This document shows, piece by piece, positions 1-8,547 of a DNA stretch of 64,000 nucleotides (its first letter is position 1; the number at the start of each line of letters is the position of its first letter). Source of the stretch: Crocinitomicaceae bacterium (GTDB lineage Bacteria > Bacteroidota > Bacteroidia > Flavobacteriales_D > Crocinitomicaceae); NCBI GenBank assembly GCA_030730025.1, contig JANQWC010000003.1, forward strand, positions 47,551 to 111,550, in the 5' to 3' direction. A program made the translations under genes and the position numbers. The notes under the pieces were generated by a model. That model did not search any database. It saw nothing but the letters and a program-made list of their open reading frames with translations, and was not told where the DNA came from.

Positions 1-1668
1 GGGTTTCGCCATGAATTTGGGTCAGATGCAGCATACAGCCAAGCTTTAGACCGCCTCACTATTGACTGTGAATGGGTGCTAGACGGCGACCAACCAGCCG
101 AGCTGAGCACCGAAAGCGCCAAAGCTTTATTTGAAAATATTCCATTCAAAGACCCCGTGCGCCTGCACAACGCCAAGCTCGCCATTGCCTGTGCACTTCG
201 CTTTGGCCCTTGCACTTCAAAAGATGTCGCTGAACTTCCTAAACTGGCCAATAGGCTGGAAACATTCGAGGGCATAAACGATGCCACGCTCATCAATGAT
301 GCGTATACCTTAGACTTGCTCGCCTTTGAGGGTTCATTCGCTTTTTTGAAGTCCGTTGCCAAAGGCAAAAGCTCAATGGTGTGTTGTTTGCTGGCCGAAA
401 ACCAAGCACATTTAAAAGAAGAAATCATAGGCCTGCTATTGGCCAACCATATTGACAACTATTTCATTTGGACCACGCTTCCCGCGGTGCTTCCCGACAT
501 CTCGAATCAGGTTGTCTTGATCAAAGGCAATCAGCATTTGTTGACCGAAGCGCTACTTGCCAAATGGAAGCGCAAGTCACACAGCACTGTGGTGCGTTAT
601 GATCTTTCGGCACTCCAGCACAACTTGCGCCATTACCAACAAAGTTTGGCGCCTACCACACAAATACTGGCTATGGTCAAGGCGCAGGCTTATGGCGCAG
701 GCTTGGATCAAATTGCAAAGCAACTGCTTGCGGGTGGCGTCAATTATTTTGGTGTCGCCTATGCAGATGAAGGAGTCTTACTGAGGCAGGCAGGTATCAA
801 GCTGCCAATTTTAGTCATGAACGCCGAGCCCGCCGGATTTGAGAGCTGCATCGAATACAAGCTAGAGCCCGCCATTTATAGCCCCGCGCACCTCGATGCG
901 TTTATTCGCACGCTTATTGCCGCGCAAATTCAAGATTACCCCATTCATTTGAAGTTTGATACCGGCATGCATCGCTTAGGGTTTTTGCCCGAACAAACCG
1001 ATTATTTGCTGCAAACTTTGCAGGCCCAACCCGAGGTGTGTGTCAAGAGTGTGTACAGCCATATGGCTTGTGCAGATGAACCCCAGCACCCCATGAATGA
1101 CGAGCAGATCAAAAGCTTCAAAGCAATTTGCAGCAAGTTGGAAAGCGCGCTTCCTTATGCTTTTCTCAAACACCTTTTGAACTCCGAAGGAGCAGCTCAT
1201 TTTCCGCAAGCGCAATTTGATATGGTTCGTTTGGGCATAGGGTTATTTGGAGTCAATCACGACCCACAATTTGAGCTGCAATTAAAGCCAGTCATTTCCT
1301 GGGCAAGTCAGATCTCTCAACTAAAGCATCTCAAGAAAGGCGCTTGTGTTGGTTATGGTTGTTCAGAAATACTAGAAGATGATAGCCAGATTGCGGTGGT
1401 CCCTGTGGGTTATGCCGATGGCTTCAAACGCAATCTCAGCAATGGAGTAGGAGGGGTTTATATCGATGGCAACTTTTGTCCAACAATAGGACGCGTGTGT
1501 ATGGACATGATCATGGTTTTGGCGCCCCAGGCTAGGCTCGATGCCGAGGTAGAAATTATCGGTACGCAGCAAACACTCAGTTCATTTGCAGAAAAAGCGC
1601 AGACCATTCCTTATGAAATTCTTACAAGTATCTCACCTCGCGTACAAAGAACTTACGTGAATGATTAA
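1..1668 (+). CDS. bifunctional MurF-like ligase / alanine racemase, 3' part (gene begins upstream of the window)
   Basis: Frame 1 is open from nt 1, with no stop before the listed GTG at 76. The first ~150 aa resemble the MurF C-terminal domain (NAKLAIACALRFG...RLETFEGINDATLINDAY). The rest is a complete alanine racemase with the PLP-lysine motif MVKAQAYGAGL and GRVCMDMIMV near the C-terminus. This fusion is common in Bacteroidota. Confidence 0.85.
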   Translation, partial: GFRHEFGSDAAYSQALDRLTIDCEWVLDGDQPAELSTESAKALFENIPFKDPVRLHNAKLAIACALRFGPCTSKDVAELPKLANRLETFEGINDATLINDAYTLDLLAFEGSFAFLKSVAKGKSSMVCCLLAENQAHLKEEIIGLLLANHIDNYFIWTTLPAVLPDISNQVVLIKGNQHLLTEALLAKWKRKSHSTVVRYDLSALQHNLRHYQQSLAPTTQILAMVKAQAYGAGLDQIAKQLLAGGVNYFGVAYADEGVLLRQAGIKLPILVMNAEPAGFESCIEYKLEPAIYSPAHLDAFIRTLIAAQIQDYPIHLKFDTGMHRLGFLPEQTDYLLQTLQAQPEVCVKSVYSHMACADEPQHPMNDEQIKSFKAICSKLESALPYAFLKHLLNSEGAAHFPQAQFDMVRLGIGLFGVNHDPQFELQLKPVISWASQISQLKHLKKGACVGYGCSEILEDDSQIAVVPVGYADGFKRNLSNGVGGVYIDGNFCPTIGRVCMDMIMVLAPQARLDAEVEIIGTQQTLSSFAEKAQTIPYEILTSISPRVQRTYVND

Positions 1669-1696
1669 TTTTAAAGCTTATAAAACCCGCATTACG

Positions 1697-2800
1697 ATGA
1701 AAAATTTTCTGTTGTTTTTGATTTTCTGTTGTTCACTCCTTGCCAACGCTCAGGTGGCAAAATCAGAAGGAGATACCCTTAAATACTTAATTATCCGCAA
1801 TAACGGCATTGAATATGTTGGGCAAATTTTATCTGACGACGGCCGCGAGCTCTTGATTTTAACCCAACAACTCGGCAAAATATACATCCCGAAATCCGAA
1901 GTGAAAAGCGTGACTTTAGTAGATGAGCAAACCGACTTCAAAGCAGGCGAATACTTAGGAACTGGGGTTTTTACAACGAGGTATCAATTCACCACCAACG
2001 CGTTTCCGATTAAAAAAGGCGAAAATTACGCGCTCATCAATTTGTATGGGCCCGAAGTTCATTTTGGGATTATGCCCAACCTGAGTGTCGGCATTATGGC
2101 TACTTGGGCTGCCAGCCCGATCGCATTGGCCTTGAAATACACCATTCCAACTCAAAATCCGCTGCTCAATTTTGGCGTCGGCACCATCATGGCCTCTTCT
2201 GGTTACCTCAACCAAGCTAAAGGTTACGGAGGCCTGCATTGGGGAATGGCTACTTACGGCACACGCCGAAGCAATGCTACACTTTCTTTGGGTTATGGTT
2301 ATTTCAACTCTGGCTTCTCCTTTACCAATCCAGATTTCTATTACCAACCTGGTACTTATGCTGCGGTGATGAGCCAAGGTGCTTATAGTTTCCCAATTCC
2401 AGAAATGCTCACTTATGAAAACGAAGTAGGGAACTTTAAATCGCCGATTATTGGCATTTCAGGTATTGCAGCAGTCAGTAAAAAAGCGAGCTTTATTTGG
2501 GACGTCATGATCATCGGTGGCAACAAGCGCAAGGTTTTTGATGGGCAACAAGTTGACTATTTTTACGACCCAAATACAGGTCAGCCAAGTTCGGTGGTAT
2601 ACAATGATCCATTTATTGAGGTCAAGAGCACCAATATGGTTTTTATGCCGGGCATGCGTTTTCAAAAGGATGAAAACCAAGCTTTTCAAGTGACTTTAGC
2701 AGGCATTATCGGCAAAAGAGAAGTCATTACGGCGACCGGAACGAACACCAACAACTATTCTTTCCCAGTGCCGATGCTCAGTTGGTTCTATAAGTTTTAA
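1697..2800 (+). CDS. secreted predicted outer-membrane protein, unnamed family (paralog A of 5140-6240)
   Basis: The ATG at 1697 gives the signal peptide MKNFLLFLIFCCSLLANA|Q. The body is Gly/aromatic-rich. The C-terminus ...SWFYKF ends in Phe, like an OMP beta-signal. Long blocks are shared with 5140-6240 (GVFTTRYQFTTN.FPIKKGENYA, SPIALALKYT, MPGMRFQ). Confidence 0.75.
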   Translation: MKNFLLFLIFCCSLLANAQVAKSEGDTLKYLIIRNNGIEYVGQILSDDGRELLILTQQLGKIYIPKSEVKSVTLVDEQTDFKAGEYLGTGVFTTRYQFTTNAFPIKKGENYALINLYGPEVHFGIMPNLSVGIMATWAASPIALALKYTIPTQNPLLNFGVGTIMASSGYLNQAKGYGGLHWGMATYGTRRSNATLSLGYGYFNSGFSFTNPDFYYQPGTYAAVMSQGAYSFPIPEMLTYENEVGNFKSPIIGISGIAAVSKKASFIWDVMIIGGNKRKVFDGQQVDYFYDPNTGQPSSVVYNDPFIEVKSTNMVFMPGMRFQKDENQAFQVTLAGIIGKREVITATGTNTNNYSFPVPMLSWFYKF

Positions 2801-2802
2801 AG

Positions 2803-3816
2803 ATGGAAACAGTTCAAGATCAATTGCTACAACTTATAAAGGCTAAACTTCCTCCTGGCGACGCCTTAGGCTATGTCTTGAGCGAGACCTTGCACATTAG
2901 TATGGATGCAGCCTATCGCCGCATGCGCAACGAAACAGCGCTGACCATAGACGAACTCAAAAAGTTGTGCAAAACCTTCGACATCTCTTTTGACTCCCTG
3001 ATCTTACAACAAAAAACCAATGTGATTTTCAGGTATACACCGCTCAATGCCTATGATTTCTCCTTGGAATCTTATTTAGAGGGTATTTTAGAAGCATTTG
3101 AGCGTTTGCGCCATCTAGAAAATCCAAAAATCATGCTTACGATCAACAATACGCATTTTTTTCAGTTGCTCAATTTTCCGCAATTGGTGCGTTTTAAGTT
3201 GTTCTTTTGGGCCAAGACACACTTGCAAATTCCAGACTACAAAAACGTACTTTTTCGCCACGAAAAAACTTCCGACCGCGCTTTTGAACTCGGCAAGTCT
3301 ATTCTGCAATCATACAACACCATCCCTTCCGTAGAAATCTTCGACCCCGAACTCATGCGTGGTTTCTTGCGTCAGATCCATTATTATTACAAATCCAATC
3401 AGTTCGAAGACCCCACTTACGCGCTCTTTTTGTGCGATCGCCTCCTGATGTTTTCTGCCCACCTGCGCGAACAAGCGGGCCACGGTAAAAAATTCATTTA
3501 CGGTACTCAAGTGCCCGCTACCGGCAACCGTTTTGAGATGTATCTCAATGAAACCATCAATGCCGATTCTGCTTTTTATTATGAAAGTAAAGACAAGCAA
3601 GGTTTGTTTCTCTCGCACAACATCATGAACTACTTGCAGACAACTGATCCGCAGTATGTGCAAGATGCCAAGCAAGTCATCGATAAGCAATTAGCCAATT
3701 CTAGCCTCATTAGTGTCGTCAACGAACGCGAACGCAACAATTTCTTTGCTGACTTCGAAAAAACAATTGGTATATTTCGTAAGAAAATAGAGGTTGACCT
3801 AGAGCTGCTTTCCTAA
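2803..3816 (+). CDS. helix-turn-helix transcriptional regulator with an uncharacterised ~270-aa C-terminal domain
   Basis: The N-terminus LGYVLSETLHISMDAAYRRMRNETALTIDELKKLCKTFDISFDSL looks like an XRE/BetR-type HTH. There is no signal peptide or TM segment. The gene starts 2 nt after the preceding stop. Confidence 0.7.
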   Translation: METVQDQLLQLIKAKLPPGDALGYVLSETLHISMDAAYRRMRNETALTIDELKKLCKTFDISFDSLILQQKTNVIFRYTPLNAYDFSLESYLEGILEAFERLRHLENPKIMLTINNTHFFQLLNFPQLVRFKLFFWAKTHLQIPDYKNVLFRHEKTSDRAFELGKSILQSYNTIPSVEIFDPELMRGFLRQIHYYYKSNQFEDPTYALFLCDRLLMFSAHLREQAGHGKKFIYGTQVPATGNRFEMYLNETINADSAFYYESKDKQGLFLSHNIMNYLQTTDPQYVQDAKQVIDKQLANSSLISVVNERERNNFFADFEKTIGIFRKKIEVDLELLS

Positions 3817-3910
3817 AACTTGCGTTTTTCGCAACTCACAATAAGCTGGGTTCGGAAATCAGTTTTGTATGCATTCATTAAAAGACCACCTTTGTAGCAT
3901 CAAATTGTAT

Positions 3911-5107
3911 GCTATGAAAACAAAAAAATTACAACCCGTTTTATTACTAGTGGCCATTTTCTTTAGTGGCATGGCTAGTTATTTTGCCCAACCCAGCAGT
4001 ACCATCGCTGTGGCCAACCCAAATGTCAATGCGCTGACGATTAAGCCTGAAACAGTGGCTAAAATGCTGCGTTTAGAGTTGATCAAACTCAACAAGTACA
4101 AAGTCTATGATGAATTTGACATGAACGAAGTCATCAAAGCCAAAGAGGAGTATAAAGTGGGCTGTTATGGCCAAAATTGTCTGTCCAGATTGGGCGAAGA
4201 ACTCAAGGTTGATTACATGATGTCTGGCTCTATCGACGGTTTAGGGAATAAAATCGTCGTGACGATTAAAATCATTGATGTCAAGGCACAAAATCTGTAC
4301 AAATCTGCTGTGCGCGAATTTGACAACCAAGAATTAGAGGTGCAGCGCATGGTAGAAATTGTATTGACCGAAATGCACGGCCTCGCCATTGACAAAGTTG
4401 TTGCCGATCGTTTGGCCTTCAAGAATGAAGTGATTACCTCCAACAACGTAGGTAAGATCAATAATTCTGGCCCGCGTATTGGTTTTGCCGCCATGACCGG
4501 TGATGTCAGTGAATTTGCCACGCGCCCAGAAATTTATGGTGGCTTGGGCATCCAGCCAGTTACTTCTATGATTGGTTACCAAATAGAGGCTCAGTACGTA
4601 GGAACAGATAATTTCTCTGCATTAGTGGAAGGCATCTTCAACATCTCTGGTTTAGAGCAAAGCCAGTTTATCCCTTCATTTTCCTTGTTAAATGGGTTTC
4701 GCTTTGGCAAAGCCAACTGGGAATTTGCATTCGGACCAAGATTTGGCATTAAGTCGACATCAATTGGTTTTTTAGATGTAGACGGAGAATATGGCCCAGA
4801 TGGCGCATACTACACAAAGAACGAATGGCTCGCATCAGGAGGTAAAGTAAATGTCAATACGGGTGAAATCATCATGGAGCCTTTCCAAGGATTTACAGAA
4901 AATTTTGACAAAGATGGCTCCAAAAGATTGGCTACTTCTTTCTTGGTTGCTTTTGGCCGTACCTTTCAAGCGGGTTCTTTGAATATTCCAGTCAATTTAT
5001 TTTACAGCTCTCAAAAAGGAGGTGGTTTTGTCGGGATCAATATGGGCTTTAACGTTCAGAAGAGTAAAGAACCAATTAATAAGACAAGTCCGCAGCGTTA
5101 TTATTAA
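3911..5107 (+). CDS. secreted envelope protein: periplasmic CsgG/LpoB-like alpha/beta module plus Gly/aromatic-rich beta-barrel-like C-terminal half
   Basis: The ATG at 3911 gives the signal peptide MKTKKLQPVLLLVAIFFSGMASYFA|Q. The N-terminal ~140 aa (LRLELIKLNKYKVYDEF...CLSRLGEELKVDYMMSGSIDGLGNKIVVTIKIIDV) resemble the CsgG/LpoB/TolB-N fold pattern. The C-terminal half has alternating-hydrophobic, Gly-rich strands. Family unverified. Confidence 0.65.
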   Translation, partial: AMKTKKLQPVLLLVAIFFSGMASYFAQPSSTIAVANPNVNALTIKPETVAKMLRLELIKLNKYKVYDEFDMNEVIKAKEEYKVGCYGQNCLSRLGEELKVDYMMSGSIDGLGNKIVVTIKIIDVKAQNLYKSAVREFDNQELEVQRMVEIVLTEMHGLAIDKVVADRLAFKNEVITSNNVGKINNSGPRIGFAAMTGDVSEFATRPEIYGGLGIQPVTSMIGYQIEAQYVGTDNFSALVEGIFNISGLEQSQFIPSFSLLNGFRFGKANWEFAFGPRFGIKSTSIGFLDVDGEYGPDGAYYTKNEWLASGGKVNVNTGEIIMEPFQGFTENFDKDGSKRLATSFLVAFGRTFQAGSLNIPVNLFYSSQKGGGFVGINMGFNVQKSKEPINKTSPQRYY

Positions 5108-5139
5108 ATTTGTACAAATAGATTGAAAAGAAATTTACC

Positions 5140-6240
5140 ATGAAAACACTTCAAATCCTTCAATTGTGTTTCACATTAGCGCTCTGTTTCCTTGGAAGCC
5201 AGAGCGTTTTTGCGCAAGCACCAAGCACTACAGCACCAAGTACAGACACTACCAAATATTTAATTGTCAAAAATGATGGCGTAGAATACGTTGGTCTTGT
5301 CCTCTCTGACGACGGCCGCGAGGTCCTGATCGAGACCAAATCTTTGGGTAAAATCTATATTCCCAAGAGCGATATCAATTCGATGCGCCCAATCAACTAC
5401 ACCGAAGACATCGCTAAGGGTGAGGTGAGCACAGCTGGTGTTTTTACCACGCGCTATCAATTCACAACCAACTGTTTTCCGATCAAAAAAGGCGAGAATT
5501 ACGCCATGCTCAATCTTTATGGCCCCGAGTTGCATTTTGCGGTCCACAAAGATTTTTCTGTCGGGATCATGTCTACCTGGATTGGTTCACCCATTGCTTT
5601 GGCCTTGAAATACACCCGCGGTACAGCCAACCCAAAAATCAATGTTGGTGTGGGTACTCTATTGGGCACGGCAGGTTATGTCAATCAAGGAAAAGGTTTT
5701 GGTGGCTTGCATTGGGGCATGATTACCTACGGCGACCGCCGCAACAACGCTACGCTATCTTTAGGTTATGGTTATTTCAATGATGGCGATAAGTCTACCT
5801 ATCTTCAGACGATTTACCAACCAGGATCATATGCTGCAGTAAATGGAGAGTATCCAACTCTACCCATTCAAAGTATCCAAAACGCAAGCGGAAACTTCCG
5901 TGCTAAAGCACCAATAATAGGCTTAGCTGGTCAGGCAAAAGTAGGTAAGAAAGCGAGTTTTATTTACGATTGTATGTTCATCATTGGAAAAATAGGTTCC
6001 TCCGCAGGATCTCAAGATATAGATTACCAATATGATCCGACTGGTTGGCAACTACAACAAGTTGTTGTGAGCGAGTGGCAAACCGGGTTGTCTAATGAAC
6101 AAAACTTATTAATACTCATGCCAGGCATGCGTTTTCAACGCACGGAGTCAAAGGCGTTTCAAATTAGTTTAGCAGGGGTAATTATCCCGAATGAAATTTC
6201 ATTCCCTTTGCCAATGGCGAGTTGGTTTTATAGATTTTAA
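5140..6240 (+). CDS. secreted predicted outer-membrane protein, unnamed family (paralog B of 1697-2800)
   Basis: The signal peptide is ...GSQSVFA|QAPS. It has the same architecture and conserved blocks as 1697-2800. The C-terminus ...SWFYRF again ends in Phe. Confidence 0.75.
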   Translation: MKTLQILQLCFTLALCFLGSQSVFAQAPSTTAPSTDTTKYLIVKNDGVEYVGLVLSDDGREVLIETKSLGKIYIPKSDINSMRPINYTEDIAKGEVSTAGVFTTRYQFTTNCFPIKKGENYAMLNLYGPELHFAVHKDFSVGIMSTWIGSPIALALKYTRGTANPKINVGVGTLLGTAGYVNQGKGFGGLHWGMITYGDRRNNATLSLGYGYFNDGDKSTYLQTIYQPGSYAAVNGEYPTLPIQSIQNASGNFRAKAPIIGLAGQAKVGKKASFIYDCMFIIGKIGSSAGSQDIDYQYDPTGWQLQQVVVSEWQTGLSNEQNLLILMPGMRFQRTESKAFQISLAGVIIPNEISFPLPMASWFYRF

Positions 6241-6258
6241 GCGCTCACTAAACACACT

Positions 6259-7830
6259 TTGGGTATCTCGCTCTTCATATTTCAATCGTGGTGGCTGTCT
6301 TTATTGGCAGCCACTCTTTTGTTTTTATTGGTTTTTGTGTTTATACGCCGCCGGATTGAAACGTCTCGCAGAAACCAAGTAAGGCTCGAGGTCAAAATTG
6401 CCGAGCGCACCAAAGAAATTCGGCTCCAAAAGACCAAAATTGAAGAGCAAAAACGCCTTTTAGAGGTCGAAAAGTTTAAGGTAGAAGAGCAACAAGCGCT
6501 CTTGCAAAGAGAAAAAGACCGCACCGAACAGTGGCTTCTCAATACCCTCCCGTCTCAGGTCGTGATTGAACTCAAGCGCAACGGCAAAGTGAAGGCGCAG
6601 GCATTTAAACAAGTGTCTATCATGTTCACCGATGTAGTGGGCTTTACCCGAATTTCAGAATCCATGGCGCCGAGCCGTATTGTTTCTAAGCTCGATATCT
6701 TATTTCAGAAGTTCGACGAAATTATACAGGCCAACAACCTCGAGAAAATCAAGACAATTGGGGATGCCTACATGTGTGCAGGAGGGGTGCCGGTAGAAAA
6801 CTCGACCAATCCGATAGACGCCTGCTGTGCTGCGCTGCAAATTCAAGCTTTCATGGACAAGCTCAAGTATGAAGCCATCGCCGACCACGAAGACTACTGG
6901 GAAATCCGTTTAGGGATCAATACCGGGCCCGTGATTGCTGGTATCATCGGTAATATCCGCTTGGCCTACGACGTTTGGGGTTCGTCTGTCAACCTTGCGC
7001 AGCGCATGGAGATGCTCGGAGAACCCGGAAAAGTAACCATTACTGGCAATACCTTTCAGCAAATTGAGCCTTATTTTGAATGCGATTACAAGGGCAAGGC
7101 CCTGACCAAGTCCCGTACCAAAGTCGATATGTATGTGGTGCAACGCATCAAGCCAGAGCTTTCTGTCAATGGGGAGGGCCTGATTCCGAATTCGCGTTTT
7201 GAAGAAATCAAAAAATTACACCATTACAGCTCCATCAAATACTATAAGACCGAGCACCACGTGATGGGTATCCTACAGAAAAACCTCTCCCCAACGCTTT
7301 ATTACCATTCGATCAACCACACCAAAGACGTCGTTAAGTCGGTGGAGCGCATTGCCTTGCTCGAAGGCGTTACCGATGAAGGGCTTTTTTTACTCAAGAC
7401 CGCAGCAATATTCCACGATGCCGGTTTCATTGATCAGTACGACCACAATGAAGCCATTGGCGCCAGCATGGCTCAGGAAATCCTTCCTAAATATGGTTAC
7501 ACCGAACAGCACGTCAAAACCATCGTCGAGCTGATTCACGCGACAGAAATTCCGCACAAACCCATCAATAAACTCCAAGAAATCATTTGCGATGCCGACC
7601 TCGATTACTTGGGCCGTTCGGACTTCGAACAAATTGCCGACAACCTCCGAAAGGAGCTGACCGAAATGGGTAAAATTAAGTCGCGCAAAGAATGGGATGA
7701 AATCCAAGTAAAGTTTCTCAAGCAACACCAATATTTTACCGCCACAGCCATCGGGTTGCGCCAAAAAAAGAAGCAAGAAAATTTAGCGCTTGTTATGGAA
7801 AGACTGGCTTTAGACGCCTACACCGACTGA
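6259..7830 (+). CDS. membrane-anchored class III adenylate/guanylate cyclase fused to an HD-domain phosphohydrolase
   Basis: One N-terminal TM segment (WWLSLLAATLLFLLVFVFI) is followed by a charged coiled coil. The cyclase motifs are present: SIMFTDVVGFT, KIKTIGDAYMCAGG, YDVWGSSVNLAQRME. The C-terminal HD signature is intact: SINH...IFHDAGF...CDADLDYLGR. The start (TTG at 6259) is uncertain. Confidence 0.85.
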   Translation: MGISLFIFQSWWLSLLAATLLFLLVFVFIRRRIETSRRNQVRLEVKIAERTKEIRLQKTKIEEQKRLLEVEKFKVEEQQALLQREKDRTEQWLLNTLPSQVVIELKRNGKVKAQAFKQVSIMFTDVVGFTRISESMAPSRIVSKLDILFQKFDEIIQANNLEKIKTIGDAYMCAGGVPVENSTNPIDACCAALQIQAFMDKLKYEAIADHEDYWEIRLGINTGPVIAGIIGNIRLAYDVWGSSVNLAQRMEMLGEPGKVTITGNTFQQIEPYFECDYKGKALTKSRTKVDMYVVQRIKPELSVNGEGLIPNSRFEEIKKLHHYSSIKYYKTEHHVMGILQKNLSPTLYYHSINHTKDVVKSVERIALLEGVTDEGLFLLKTAAIFHDAGFIDQYDHNEAIGASMAQEILPKYGYTEQHVKTIVELIHATEIPHKPINKLQEIICDADLDYLGRSDFEQIADNLRKELTEMGKIKSRKEWDEIQVKFLKQHQYFTATAIGLRQKKKQENLALVMERLALDAYTD

Positions 7831-7831
7831 T

Positions 7832-8545
7832 TTATAAAAAGCGTCCATCGCGCTGTTTTGACGCTGGTTTTTTTGACTTCTCGTTGGCAAGGTTATAGCC
7901 ATATGAAAAATTCAAAATAGCGCGGTTCAAAGACCCAGGGCTCATGATGCGCTGATCGTACATGTATGCAATTTCAAATGCGTGAGGGCCGTCCCAATCA
8001 AATCCCAAGCCCACACTCCAACGAATGCGGTTGAGGTGATACCCTTGCTGCCCATCCATCGGGCCGGTAAAAAATTCCATGGATGCTTGCGGCATCAGAG
8101 CAGACTTCTTGATGTTATAAGCCACACTTGGCTTGAGGCGAAAGGCCTCGCCGAATTCTTGCTCAAAGTCATCTAATAACCGATTAGTTGTAAATTGATA
8201 ACGACCTCTCAAGCCTAATTGGATTCGGTCCATTTTGTATTTAAACTGCAAGTTAGCATTGATGCGGTGTCGGTTCGTAAAATTATCTTGCTCGGTTCTG
8301 CTCCCAACGTAGCGGTAGTCCAAAGACGGACGGATGAACTTGTTGATTTTATACTGGTAGGATATTTGCGGAAAGAAGGTTTGTACGCCTCCTGCGCTAT
8401 GCCGAGTGCTGAGCTCGAAAGCGATGTTTTGTTTTTTATCGAGTTTATAAGCCACGCCTACTTCATTCCATACCTGAAATAGGGTGCTGTTTTGGCCGAA
8501 GCCTACAAATGGAATAAACAATACAGTAAAAACTAGGCTGCGCAT
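7832..8545 (-). CDS. outer-membrane beta-barrel protein, DUF2490-like (family tentative)
   Basis: The signal peptide is MRSLVFTVLFIPFVGFG|Q. The body shows the alternating aromatic/polar beta-strand pattern (YRYV, LQFKYK, GLRGRYQF, FEIAYMY). Confidence 0.6.
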   Translation of the reverse strand: MRSLVFTVLFIPFVGFGQNSTLFQVWNEVGVAYKLDKKQNIAFELSTRHSAGGVQTFFPQISYQYKINKFIRPSLDYRYVGSRTEQDNFTNRHRINANLQFKYKMDRIQLGLRGRYQFTTNRLLDDFEQEFGEAFRLKPSVAYNIKKSALMPQASMEFFTGPMDGQQGYHLNRIRWSVGLGFDWDGPHAFEIAYMYDQRIMSPGSLNRAILNFSYGYNLANEKSKKPASKQRDGRFL

Positions 8546-8547
8546 TT

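Noticed and set aside
6259-7830. The cyclase as part of a Pycsar/CBASS-like anti-phage signalling system.
   Set aside because: No neighbouring gene encodes a cyclic-nucleotide-binding effector (cNMP-binding, TIR, patatin, or a TM effector with a CNB domain). The enzyme looks like a conventional membrane-anchored class III cyclase with a coiled-coil stalk, and the neighbours are envelope proteins.
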